NCBI GenBank assembly: GCA_030704615.1
Contig: CM060734.1
Coordinates: 45,198,001-45,262,000 of the forward strand
DNA from: Takakia lepidozioides
Taxonomy: Eukaryota; Plantae; Bryophyta
Reading direction: 5' to 3'
Length of the DNA stretch: 64,000 nucleotides
The translations under genes and the position numbers were made by a program. Below are positions 12,801 through 24,669 of this stretch, in pieces (positions within the stretch are counted from its first letter, which is position 1; each line of letters opens with the position of its first letter). The notes beneath the pieces are model-generated. The model had not been told where the DNA came from. It ran no database searches and saw only the letters and a list, made by a program, of their open reading frames with translations.

Positions 12801-15800
12801 AGTCTTCTCTTGTACTTCATAGTCAATTAAATATTCAATTCGTGGCTGAAATTAGAAGTTCCTAATTTTAGGAGGGCCTTCAGAGAGAACTGATTTAGAG
12901 AGTTCAGTTTTTCATGGGGATGCTACCTTCCTCTATGGATATGGAACATAATGCTGATGAAACTTCATGTCTGAAGCACTGTGGGGAGAAAATCAACGTG
13001 ATTCACATCTGGTGAACATTCCCTCTCTCCTGAGGGAAAGAATTATGCATTGAACAAGAAACAAGGTACAAGAACAGCTTGGGAGCCAAGTACCGGCACA
13101 TCACAGAACAAACAGAGCTCAGCTGGGTGCCACTGGCACCTAAGTCTGTCCTCAGCAGAGAGAACAAAAAACAAAGAGTTCTCAGTCCACCTCCACCAGA
13201 ATGTACTTTCAAATCTGAGTATCAGGTTTCCTTCTGTCCCTACCCTCAACATTCTTGGACTGTGCCCTAGAGGGAATCCAAGGAAATGGCTTGCAACGGT
13301 TCTGAGGTTTTCCTTGTGCTCTTGTTGGGGCCATGATGAAGATTGACATTGGGGTCAAACAGGGCTGCCCCCTCTCGCCTACCCTATTCGGAATCTACAT
13401 TGACGCCTTGGAAGTCTACATCTCAAAAAACCATGAGTTGGTGTGCCATTGGATGGAGGACGATGTTGCCCTTTTGGCACAATCTCCTATCTTCCTACAA
13501 CGCCATCTCGACATCTTGGAACAGTTCTCCAATGACTATGGGTTGCAAGTCAACCTTACAAAAACCAAGATCATGGTTTTCAATGGGCAGGCTGACCGCA
13601 GATTCTTCCTCAACAATCGGGAGGTGGAGATAGTCAAATCCTACCGATATCTGGGGCTGGTTATCCACTCCCCCAAATTCCACTTTGCAGCCACTGCCCT
13701 GGACAGATTGACAAAAGGCAAGGCAGCCTCCATCCGCCTTCAGGCCAAATGCAAGCAGATACACCTGCGCCACCCACCGACCAAGAAGTGGCTGTTTGAT
13801 AGCATAGTCACCCCAAGTGCCACTTTTGGTTGTGAATTTTGGGCACCTGCAGTCCCAGTTTCCTGGTGGGAAAACAATCTGGAACCATTGCAGTCATCTT
13901 TCCTCCAAGCAATGCTTGGCGCCAGAGGCACAACTCCATCGCACATATTGAATGCAGAATTCGCCTGTGTGCCACTCCAAACTGAGGTCCTCTTCCGGCT
14001 TACAATTTTCCTGCATAGGTTACAAGGCCTTCCCCCCAAGGGGCTTGTGGCCAGGGCCCTCACAACATCTATGAGACTCAAAAATGCAGGCTTCAAACAA
14101 TCCTGGTATGCCCGTGTGGATACCTTTTTTGAACGCCATGGACTCTCTATAGCTTCACTTTTGCCAGTGAACCCAGAAGAGGTGGAAATCACATCCAGGC
14201 ATGACCGCAACCAACTCATTAGAAAGGAGCTCATGGCATTACATGTCAGGAGAACTTGGAAGTTACCCAACCTCACAACAAAGCTCCATTTCTATCGAGA
14301 AACATTATTGGTTCTCCGGGATGATAGAATCTTGCGGCCCAATTACCTTTCGGCCTCTTTATCTCCTTCTCTCCTTCACTGTTTATTCAGTGGAACCCAA
14401 ACTCTCACTGATGTCTTTCACTATGAGGATCAAAAATGCGTGGCAGCCTACTTACACGAGGCCTTCGCCCTTAGACAATCGCTAGAACATTAATTGTGGT
14501 TTCTGGATTTGTTCCTCTCTCATGTTTTCTTCCATTTTGTCCCATAAGCTCTACGAGCTTTCCGCGGACGTTATAAAGCACCATTTCATTTCATTTCTCC
14601 TGAGGGCTTTGGGGCGGTTCAGGGTGGGCTCCCACAACCTACAGATAGAGACTGGCAGATGGGAAAACCTGCAGCGGGGGGACCGCCTATGTCCTGCTTG
14701 CACAGGGCACAGCCAGGAAATTGAAACTGAAGAACACTTCTTCTATTGCCCCCTATACTATGAGATCCGTGGGAGATTCCATTGTCTATTCCGTGGAACC
14801 CAATCTCTCACTGAAGTCTTCCAGTATGAGGATCAGAAATGTTTGGCAGCCTACCTGCACGAGGCATTCACCCTTAGACAATCACTCGAACAATAGTTCT
14901 TTTCTTTGACTCTGGTTTTCCTATTTTCTCTCATGTTCTTCCTTCCATTTTGTCCCATAAGCTCTATGAGCTTTCCGCAGACGTTATAAAGCACCATTTC
15001 ATTTCATTTCATTTCTCTCCACTTAACTTCCATCAATCTTTAGCACCTAGCATCTGTATCCTATTCCATGTAAGAAGCTACTCCGCAAACCTGAGGTAGC
15101 CCAGTCAATTGTTTGCAGGAAGACAATGAGAGGCATGCAATGGAGAAAGAGGATGAAGAGGTCTGCCTCTTGAGTTTACTTCTCACTCTGAAGTATATAG
15201 TAACAATGCTTATTTTTACTTTCAAGTTTATGTAGAGCTGTTGCTTTCATTGCTGCAAGAACGTGTTTCACATTTCCAGGAGCATTTGGAGGTTAAATTT
15301 GGTCTTCAAGAAATAGTCTTTTGCAGGCACACAAAACTGCTGAAATAGCTGAGTTAGCAGCCATGGATGTTGGAGAGGATGCACCAGCACTTCCTGTCCC
15401 AGAGAAACAAAGGTGGCTGAAAGAGCATCCATATGCTCCCATCCCATCCTTGTAAGCAGTAACATACCTTTGAAAACAAAATTTATAAATGGTGACTTAG
15501 TTTTGTATCATCCATTATCGTGACTGCTGCTGCCGTGTCTCCTTGCTGAATCTGAATTACTGGTGTGCTACCAAGTTGGATGCCCATCTCATGTCTACTA
15601 CACGTACCCTATTATCGTACGGAAAATGGTGATTGCTTGATGATGTTGTTGTCTTTCAGTCCACCCTTCGAACTACATACCATTGGAAAAGGTGACAGTA
15701 TTATAGTACCTAGATTAGAAACTTTGACTCCTGATGTGCTGTTTGTACCTCACACTTTCCAGGCCACATGTGGTGGCGAAGTACCCACATTCGCCCACAA

Positions 15801-18800
15801 TTTTCACTGTCAAGCATGAAGAAGTCTCCCATGTGCGTGTCCTTCCATGCCCATACTGGAACTTAATACATATATCCTTTTCTTTCACCTTTCATTACCT
15901 CACATTTGTTGGTTTTGCCATGTAAGTGCACCCTGAGAACTCTCTCTCGCAAGAAATTGAGATTGTGAAATCATACCGATACCTGGGTCTGGTTATCCAC
16001 TCCCCCACGTTTCACTTTGCAGTCACTGCCTTGGACAGATTGACTAAAGGTAAGGCGGCCTCCGTCCGCCTTCAGGCCAAATGCAAGCAAATACATCTGC
16101 GTCATCCCCCAACCAAAAAGTGGCTGTTTGACACTGTCGTCAGCCCTGCTACCATCTATGGTTGTGAGTTCTGGGCACCTGGTGTCCCTGTCTCCTGGTG
16201 GGAAAAGAATTTGGAGCCATTACAGTCATCTTTTCTCCAAGCAATGCTTGGCGCCAGGAGCACAACTCCATCTCAGATCCTAGGGACAGAGTTCGCATGT
16301 GTACCATTGCAATCCGAGGCCCTCTTCCGGCTTACAATCTTTCTCCATAGATTACAGGCCCTTCCACCCAAGGGGCTCGTGGCAAGGGCCCTCACAACAT
16401 CTATGAGGCTCAAAGCTGCAGGTTTCAGGAACTCCTGGTATGCTCGAGTGGACAGTTTATTTCAACGTAACGGACTTTCTACTGCTTTCCTATTACCAAT
16501 GAATCCAGATGAGGTGGACATCACGTCCAGACATGACCGCAACAGACTCATTAGGAGAGAGCTTATGGAATTACATGTCCAGAGAACTTGGACGCTACCC
16601 AATCTCACAACAAAGCTCCACTTCTATCGAGAGACATTCTTGGTGCTCCGCGACAATAGAATCTTGAGACCAAATTACCTTTCAGCATCCTTATCTCCTT
16701 CCCTCCTGAGGGCATTGGGGCGGTTCAGGGTGGGTTCCCACAACCTACGGATAGAGACTGGCAGATGGGAAAACCTGCAACGGGAGGACCGCCTATGTCC
16801 AGCTTGCATAGGGCGCAGCCAGGAAATCGAAACTGAAGAACACTTCTTCTTCTACTGCCCTCTATACTACAAGGTCCGTGGGAGATTCCACTGTTTATTC
16901 AGTGGAACCCAAACTCTCACTGATGTCTTCCACTATGAGGATAAAAAATGCTTGGCAGCCTACCTGCACGAGGCCTTCACCCTTCGACATTCGCTAGAAC
17001 ATTAATTGTGGTTTCTGGACTTGTTCCTCTCTCATGTTTCCATTTTGTCCCATAAGCTCTATGAGCTTTCCGCGGACGTTATAAAGTACCATTTCATTTC
17101 ATTTCATTTCTCAAAATTGTCTGATTGTAAGTCCTGCCCTAGGGATTGTTATTGAGAACACTGTCCGCAGCAATTTGATGAGCAACTGCGTGAGGAGCTC
17201 ACGAAGTTTGGAATCATGACAACCTCAAATGGCATCAGGTACGACTTTGTACCCCTGATCGGAGTCTTACCAGGAACTTTATCTTTGCCTTTCCTCGGTC
17301 CTGATTTTCTTGTCTTCCTTATTAGCAAGTATGCTCTTAGAAAATTGTGTGCATCATTGATAGGGTCTTATTCAAAAACCTGCCATCATTTTTAGAAGTA
17401 TACCCCTTGCTCTGAACTTCTCTTATAGTTGAAGCTAATTATGGCACTTGATTATAAACTCCAAGTCTGTATTCAATGCATTATGACAGCACACCTCATG
17501 TGGTTGGTAGAGTATGCAGTGATTCAGCATACACTTCTGCATCTTCAGCGTTAGAAAAGCAACGCACACAGCGCATATCTTCAATTCATGGCAGTGAGCG
17601 TCGCCTCATGGAATACGAGCGGGGTACTATTCTATGGCACACCCAGGTGGAACCTGCCTGATCACAACTATACCTGTCAAAATTTCTATATTGCTGCATT
17701 TGATCTCTCTTCTGATGTGATATGCTCAATGCACCCAGAACCATGCTCATTCAGGATGCATGGTGGTATTCATGATGGTGAGTGTTGGCTCATAGAATAA
17801 GAGAGGGGAACTGTTCAGTAGCCCATCCTGGTTAGAGCTACTTGGTCACAACAATACCCCTCGAAGATATGCTCAATGCACCCAGAACCATGCTCATTCA
17901 GGATGCATGGTGGTATTCATGATGGTGAGTGTTGGCTCATAGAATACGAGAGGGGAACTGTTCAGTAGCCCATCCTGGTTAGAGCTACTTGGTCACAACA
18001 ATACCCCTCATACACCCATTTCACAAGAACTTCTAACTTTTGTTCTCTTGCTCACAGATGCTCCAATTACCCGGAATTGTACTATCTAATATGTCACCTG
18101 GCTGCGACACTGAATTGCAGAGAGCTGTGCACACCAGGGATCTGGAGATAATTGAGGCTCAATTCGATGTGGCTACTGAATGTTCATCTGGGCACCAGAC
18201 GGACACTATGGATGGATCTGAATACAGTGATGACAATGAGGTCTGTACAACCCATCTTAATTACTGCTGTAGTTTCTTGAGCAGAGTGCCTAAGCCTGGA
18301 GTAAAAGAAAGGTAAGAAGATCAGATGTTTGAGCGACAAAACCTGTCTGAAGGTCTCTAACGTTTGCAACTTATCTTGCTTCGTATAGAGTGGGCATAGC
18401 AAGTACAACTCGAGCAGGAGCCACCAGTCTGATGGCAGCAACTGCTCTGATGACTCAAGGAGAAGTATGGACCAGAGGTTCCATAAAGCACATAGCTCAA
18501 AATATGAGAAAGGTCACACAAGCGGCAGAAGCAGTGGGAGAAGCAGTGGAAGTAGTGGGAGTGAGAGGAAGGAATCTCATAGGCATGGAATGTTGATAAA
18601 GGGTGACCATTCACGCTCCCCTAGACATCCTAAAGGGGGCCAGAGGTCTAAATCTTCACCAGATAGACGAGTACAGTATGTCTCAAAGGCTTTTTCATGG
18701 AAGCCCATAGAGAGGTTGAAGAAAGGGAGAATGAAGAATGATCCCCCATCAAGAGGGGAGCTGATTATTCCCCCGGTTGTCACTAGTGCTCCTGAGTCGG

Positions 18801-19926
18801 CAGAGGCGACAGACAATGATGAGCGGGGTGAGGATGCAGAAGATGAGTTGGGTCTGGGGGAATGGGACAGTGAGGAAGATGTGCCCCCTTCCAGCTCACT
18901 CCAGAGGTGAGTGCTTTTATGACCTTGCCATATGCTACCAATACACATAAAGGGAAGCCATTAGTCTCAGTTAGACTGACATAGCCATTCTCTTGGACAG
19001 AACTGTACATCTGAGTTGAGCCTCCTGGTTGATCCACTCAGATTGATGTGGGTGTGCGCTTCTCTATGGCTCTTCCAAATCTGATGGAAACAGTGTGTAA
19101 CATATAGAGAGGACACCTCTTCAACCAAATCAAATTAGAAATGTGAGTCAAATTCATTTGGTGTGTGAAATGGCAGAAGGGTCAGGATCGTTGAATGCCC
19201 GGAGATCTCGTCATCGGGTGCTTCAAAAGGAAAAGGTAAGTTTTCAGTTATTTTCCATCCAGTTTGCTTTCTTAATGAGAAGAGGAAAGAAATATGCCCT
19301 TCAGAACGAGGCTAACCATGTTGTGGAATGGGGGCAAAGAAATTTTTGTGAGGCATCCGGCTATCATCTGCATTCCTTCTCTTTCTCTGCAAAGCACATG
19401 TACAGTATCGGTTAGTCTGATGGGATGAAATGAAATGGTTACAATGTCCGTGGAAAGACAGTGGAAGAATGAAAGTCTGCAAGCTAGGGGGAGGGGCTCA
19501 GAAAGAAACAAATGAAACAGTTTATTACATCTGGAGTGGCCAGCTCCATGTTGCTCTTATATTATGTAAATCTTCTGTGGCTGTGGTCAATATCTAATAT
19601 CAAAAGAGAGACGACCTCATGAAGCCAGACCTCCAAGTAAGACCCCTACACGAAAAGACAGCCCCCTCCACCAAGCAACACCTCCATCCAAAATGAGCCC
19701 TATACGCACACCTCAAAGAGTCCCCGATGTGCCACAAAAACCGAGTCCAGATAAACGAAGCCCATTGAAGGCCAGCCCACCCCGCCAAGCCAGCCCATCT
19801 CTCACAATCAACCTCCAATATCCTCCCAAAATTTCAACAAAATTTCAAACATTTTGTGAAATATTTTGCTGCATGGTTATAGTCATCCAATTAGTAGCAT
19901 ACCCAAAAATGGGCGGCAGTCTGTAA
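3821..19926 (+). CDS. DZIP1: DZIP1/Iguana-like protein (Dzip-like N domain, C2H2 finger, coiled coil, long low-complexity tail); >25 exons, start and 3' end uncertain
   Basis: Exons 3821-4241, 4764-4882, 5213-5377, 5803-5871, 6229-6279, 6517-6615 splice to FVFQKRLARIDWRTIHTIDVSRIIREVDIDTLETVLDTIAFGDI...NFVKIFRLAQLMVEYLLHVQE...CPFCEKMFESPYYLDFHIARRHP. Further candidate exons near 6780, 8011, 8351, 8770, 9201, 9536, 10128, 10849, 12085, 12651, 13073, 15119, 15327, 15763, 17171, 17520, 18121, 18391, 19177 and ~19607. Confidence 0.8.
7250..7568 (+). mobile_element. Nested 3' fragments of RTE/RTEX-like LINE family A (ATTTC tail), intronic
   Basis: Decayed ETEEH..HCPL and QKCLAAFLHEA coding remnants; two TTATAAAGTACCATTTCA tails (7251, 7432). 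Confidence 0.8.
7599..7757 (-). mobile_element. Short A-tailed retroposon fragment with 8-bp TSD
   Basis: TCCACTCT at 7591-7598 and 7758-7765 flanks a ~160 bp insert that starts with a T-run. Confidence 0.5.
9827..9852 (-). mobile_element. 26-bp 3' stub of LINE family A with 15-bp TSD
   Basis: AATGAAATGAAATGGTACTCTATAAC flanked by GGTGGTCTCAATAGA at 9812-9826 and 9853-9867. Confidence 0.9.
11503..12020 (-). mobile_element. Two adjacent 5'-truncated copies of LINE family B, intronic
   Basis: Both carry the family B 3' end (ATGTACTC(A/C)TAAG..TAGCCTTGTGGCC on +, at ~11505 and ~11860). The body resembles 46000-47100. Confidence 0.8.
12517..12541 (-). mobile_element. ~25-bp 3' stub of LINE family A
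   Basis: TGAAATGGTACTCTATAATGCCCGC between AGAATGAAA direct repeats (12508-12516, 12542-12550). Confidence 0.7.
13344..15014 (+). mobile_element. 5'-truncated RTE/RTEX-like LINE (family A), RT C-half, with nested same-family insertion 14376-14595
   Basis: GVKQGCPLSPTLF, degenerate catalytic motif (MEDD), VNLTKTKIMVF, YRYLG, RFRVGSHNLQIETGRW and the C-terminal C..C...H...C motif; (CATTT)n tail ending ~15014. Confidence 0.92.
15950..17110 (+). mobile_element. 5'-truncated RTE/RTEX-like LINE (family A), open ~350-codon 3' ORF
   Basis: ORF 15926-17005 is strongly similar to the 13344 copy; 3' UTR and CATTTCATTTCATTTC tail at 17090-17110. Confidence 0.92.
17719..18009. repeat. Near-perfect 144-bp tandem duplication (intronic)
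   Basis: 17719-17862 and 17866-18009, one mismatch seen, GAA between the copies. Confidence 0.95.
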
Positions 19927-21352
19927 GGGAATAAGCAAACCATTGAGTGCTTAGAATGTGCACTAAATCTTTTGGAAGAAGAAAGATGTGTAACCTTGAC
20001 AACCAGAAACCAGACCAAAAGACAAAGGGAAGGCAGTCGACAATGAAAGTGAAGGCAGTGAGGAAAGCAAGATTTTCCATGAGTTGACATCTGAGATTGA
20101 TGAAATCATCAGCTTGTAATGCTCCACTCTCAGGTAAATTGCCAGAGTACTTTTGTCAACCAGATCAAGTATTCGGTACTATTTCTACTTACCTCAGAAA
20201 TTGGAGTTTGTGCCACTTGTTCATCCACTGAATTTTTTGTTGAAAACATCATGCTGGCTAGTTCTAAGCTGGAGTCTTCGCTGATCTTGCTTATGTTCTT
20301 CTAGATTCAACGCAATCCTTAACACATAATTGCTGTGGTTACCAGTCTCCAATCTCTGGCACAAGTGTCAAGTGTCTGACAGTAGCAATCATTTCCCTCA
20401 CCTTCCAGAAGGGAGTTCAAATCGAGAAGATTGCCTTTGGGAGATGGAGTCCTTACAAACACTGCATCAATTTTAAAGTCTTCGGTCCAACAGAGTACAG
20501 ACAAAATTTTCACATATGGCCAGGCAACCCATGAAGACTGTTGTGAGTTTTCTTCCATCTTCAGCCTCCACCGAGAAGAGAAGCGGAGTCTTGGACAGCA
20601 CTAGTCCTACATGTTGAAAAGACACCATACTTACGTCGCACTTGATTCTACATGCATCCCCGGTTTTAGAAATAGTGGTGGATCTAATGAGGTTCTCGTT
20701 CCCAGTGCCTCAATTCAATAGTAGAACTCCATCTCTGCGGAAGAAGAAACTGGGCCCCACATTCATGCAGCCTCGCACGTGTTCCATGGAGGATGTCGAT
20801 AGCTTTTGTTTATTCAACAAGACGGAATCGCCTGACCTGTTGTCTGTAGAGAGAGTGATGCAATCGTACACTGATTAGCTCCCACATAAGTACTCACGGG
20901 ATGTGCAGCTCCGGGATTCGCAAGGACCCACCCCACCTCTTCTTGTCTCATGGGGTTTGGTGCTTCATCTGTCCGGCTGTTCCATAGCAGACGTCAACTG
21001 TCACATGGACCACCGCAGACGAGCAGCCTGCAAGTCTCTCTGAGCGTTTCCTCCGCCCACATAACACTGTCATTCTGTCACTCATATTTAAAAGTCTTTG
21101 ATTCCAAATCCCAATTCGACCACTCCACCTGAACCGATCCTTGACTTCCTGGATCAATGAATACTAACTTAATCTATGTTGTGGGGGCTTGTCGTGACTC
21201 TCTCACGCTACAAGAGTGGCCTGCATGGAAAAATGGCAGGAAGGCATTCTGGCGTAAATTTATGAGCAGCACGTGAAGGGTACTGCTCCCACATCATGCC
21301 TCTGACTCCCAACCCTTCCCATCAGTTCATCAAAATCACTCCATGTGATATC

Positions 21353-21354
<2 letters not shown>

Positions 21355-21408
<54 letters not shown>
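21355..21408. repeat. (GA)n microsatellite
   Basis: Uninterrupted GA run of ~54 bp. Confidence 0.98.
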
Positions 21409-21412
<4 letters not shown>

Positions 21413-22304
21413 CCAACCTTCGTTAGCTTCTTACCTAAGAGCCTCTTATGGAAATACAAAGAAGGCTAACTTAAAACAAGCTTACTGAGAAGTCTCACCA
21501 TTGTTGTGAAGGTGTACTTTCTACCTAAGGATAGTGAAGGTCACTTACCCTTACCCGCAGTAAGGATAAATGTTTGAGCTTACTGGGCAGAATGTCATCT
21601 CCCCTGGCCCATTCCATGGACGCAACCCATTTCAGGTGTGGGTTCCTTTGCGTTCTACTCAGACAAAATTCTGGAATGGATTTCTGGAAATTGAGAGTAG
21701 ATTCCTTAGACTTCGAGAGTAAGAAATGGTCGGCATGGATGATAAGTTGATCATATGGTAACTTGATCCTGCAGCTGAAATGGATTATGCAGTGGAACTG
21801 CTGGGGATTCCAGTCTGTCAGGCACCGCGGCCGGGAGTACTCCAGTCTGGAATCCCCAGCAACCCAGCGGTTCCACATTACATATCTGAGAATTTTTCGC
21901 AAAAGTGTACCATTTGTGGTCAAGGGTAAAATTAGTTTGGCAGTGTAATCACCACAATGATACATTGGTTTGAAAAAAGGAAGCTCATCTTTCCTCATTC
22001 AGAGTACCATCGTGGTGGTACTCTCCTTCTTATTACTACCCTTAGGGGCAGTACTGCTGAGGGGATACTACGTACTAGGACTTTGCACGACTTGGGATTC
22101 AGAGAGGCAGAGTTTGAAGAACAGGGACGCTAAACCGTGAGTGGTGAGTGTAAAGCGATGAGCGGTGAGCTGGAAATCGTGAGCCCATAATATAAATTAT
22201 ATATGATTATGAGCATCGATGGGTCGTCAAAACATTAAGAAATGGGACATATTTTCGCGGATTACTGTGTAACGACCCTCCCTATATCCGAAGAAGCCAA
22301 AAAA

Positions 22305-23365
22305 TTGACAATATGAGGGCCACTCTCCATGTTTTGTAAAACCAAAAATTAAATAATTAAATTTAAAAAAAAACGCTGTTGTCGGGTATGCGCAACGCAA
22401 TACGAAATATGAGGGCCATTGTCCCTGTTTTGTTAATAAATAAATAACAAAAAAACACTGTTGTCTGGTATGTGCCGGCACATACGAAATATGAGGGCCA
22501 CTGTCCCCTGTTTTGTAAGAAAAACCAAAAATTAAAAAACAAAATTTTAAAAAAAAATTAAGAAAACACTATTGTCCTGTATGCCCCGGCTCATACGAAA
22601 TATGAGACCAACAGTCACTAGCTCAGTTGGTTAAGTGCAATTGAGTGCCACCTAGATGATACTGGGTCAAAACTTGCTACTTGCCTTGTGTCGTATTCTC
22701 TTTTCCCCCTTCCCTTGGCCATGTCCCTCTTGTTCGTCTTCATGGTGCATAAATGAAAGAGGTTATTTTCTCCTCTCACTATTAAGGGGCCTGATTTGTG
22801 AGCTGTCGCTCCCAGGTGTTTCCTGTTTTTCTGGAAAATAAATAAATAAATAAAAATAAAAATGAGGGCCACTCTCCCTGTTTTGTAAAAGAAATTTTAA
22901 ATTTAAATTTAAAAAATAATTTAAAAAAAAAATGTTGTCTGGTATGCGCATATGCATACGAAATATGAGGGCCACTGTCCCTGTTTTGTAAAAGCAAATT
23001 AATAATTAATAATTAATAATTAACTAGAATTTTTTTTTTAAATATTGTCTGGTTTTTGCCGGCACATACAACAAGAAACACTATCGTCTGGTATGCGCCG
23101 GCGCATATGAAATATGAGGGCCATTGTCCCATGTTGTTTTTTTAAAAAATAAAAAAAACTTAAAAAAACTTAAAAATAAATATATATTTTTAAAACAAAA
23201 TCACTGTTGTCTGGTATGCCCCGGCGCATACGAAATATAAGGGCCACTGTGCCCTGTTTTGTTTTTTTTTAAATTAAAAACAAATATATTTTTTTAAAAC
23301 AAAAACACTGTTGTATGGTATGCGCCAGCACATACGAAATATGAAGGCCACTGAGCCTTGTTTTG
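22305..23365. repeat. Array of ~55-bp palindrome-containing repeats separated by variable A/T spacers
   Basis: About 10 copies (some partial) of CACTGTTGTCTG-GTATGCGCCGGCGCATAC-GAAATATGAGGGCCACTGTCCCTGTTTTG. Confidence 0.9.
22617..22860 (+). mobile_element. Possible tRNA-derived SINE inserted in the repeat array
   Basis: A-box TAGCTCAGTTGG at 22619, degenerate B-box GGGTCAAAAC at ~22664, A-rich tail ~22835-22862; it interrupts one repeat unit. Confidence 0.5.
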
Positions 23366-23874
23366 CAGGGGGGGGGGGTAAAAAAACAAAAAAAACAAAA
23401 ACCGAAGAAACTGTTGTTTGAGATTCATTTCGCCATGAAAACCTGTATGCGCATGCTTATACCCGAAATGAAGACATTGATGTCTCATACCCCAGTTTTC
23501 TTTAATATGTTCATCCTAAACCCTATGCGCCTGTTCCACAAGCAAAATATCATTTTGGAGCAGTATCATTTCCATCTCGCATATTGGGCCACTATCGCAT
23601 GAAAAATGTTCTAACTCATTTCATTGAGATGGTCATGGCCTCCTCCATTGAGCAACATCCTGCCCTTGTAGGAATTGTCTACAATCATCTCAAGATACAC
23701 GGTTGTAGTTAGACCTCTTATGTCACTCAAAAAACTTCCGCGAGAATAGAGGGTTCTTCTGTCGTAAGGCTATACGATTATAGAGTCTTCTAGTATTCAA
23801 TATATAATCCGTGGGGATAGGTGTTTCCCATTCGTGAGCCTATGTTCATGAATACAAGCTCATAGCTCTTAAGC

Positions 23875-24669
23875 TCACAGAATAGCATCTAGGCTCACAG
23901 AATAGCATTGCTGTTTGAAGAAGAATTGGCGGCTTGGAATAGAGGTGCCTAGATACCTAATGAAATTTATATCAACTTTATTTTGGGTCCAGCCATGATG
24001 ACCCAATGGTTCTACCATCTCAACTTGATGGAAACATTCATGGCCTCGCCTCGGCACTATGTCCCAGACAGTGACGGAATAAGGAGGGCGGTGACTTGTA
24101 CGCCAGCGTGGCGTAGAGGACGTGGCACAGTGGGCAGGTGGGAGGGGGGGCAGGCCCGGCACTATCCCCTCAAAGAGAGAGAAAGAGAGGACTCCGGCCG
24201 AGACCGGTGTAACTAAGAACCACTTCGTCTCACAGCTATACTCCTTTTGGGGCATGGCCGACTGGTGGCATGGATGGTTGCTTTTACGTGCATAGGGTTC
24301 AAAGATAATGGGGCAATAGTCTACATCGTTGTCCCAAGGGACGGACCAATTGAGCCGGTCACTTGACAAAGGGTGGGTCCCGTGGGAGCGATATCCGAGT
24401 TGAGAGAGATGAGCAATAATGGGCAATGTGCTGAAAGGTGACCTTTCACAGATAAAAGAGACATGGTAACCTAGTACAACAGGTGAAAAGTGATTACTGA
24501 TATTGGCCATGCGCTCTGGCCCAAATTCCCCTGTATTGCGCTCACCGATATCTAGGCGCCGGCTAAAATTAACGCATGGAAGCAAGTCGTCATTTTTGTC
24601 ATCTAGTGCCAACTTGGCCGGCTGCCAATACATGGAAGTTGGCCCTATGTCCCAAGGGCCCGATATCAT
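23875..24669 (-). pseudogene. Ulp1/peptidase-C48-like ORF, catalytic Cys apparently lost (probably TE-borne)
   Basis: NISNHFSPVV...PIIAHLSQLGYRSHG...PQKEYSCETKWFL resembles the ULP2-type motifs HWSLIV...PCILHMDSIKGSH...PQQENSFDCGLFL (from memory). Confidence 0.45.

Noticed and set aside
21525-21998. 157-aa ORF as a gene
   Set aside because: No motif; it runs through a hairpin and repeat-like DNA.
22617-22690. Functional tRNA gene (also considered at ~25575 and ~42840-42915)
   Set aside because: Only A-box or B-box resemblance; I could not build a cloverleaf.
22305-23365. CRISPR array or tandem hammerhead ribozymes
   Set aside because: Eukaryotic context, no cas genes, low-complexity variable-length spacers. 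The stem+GAAA is present but the CUGANGA core is not.
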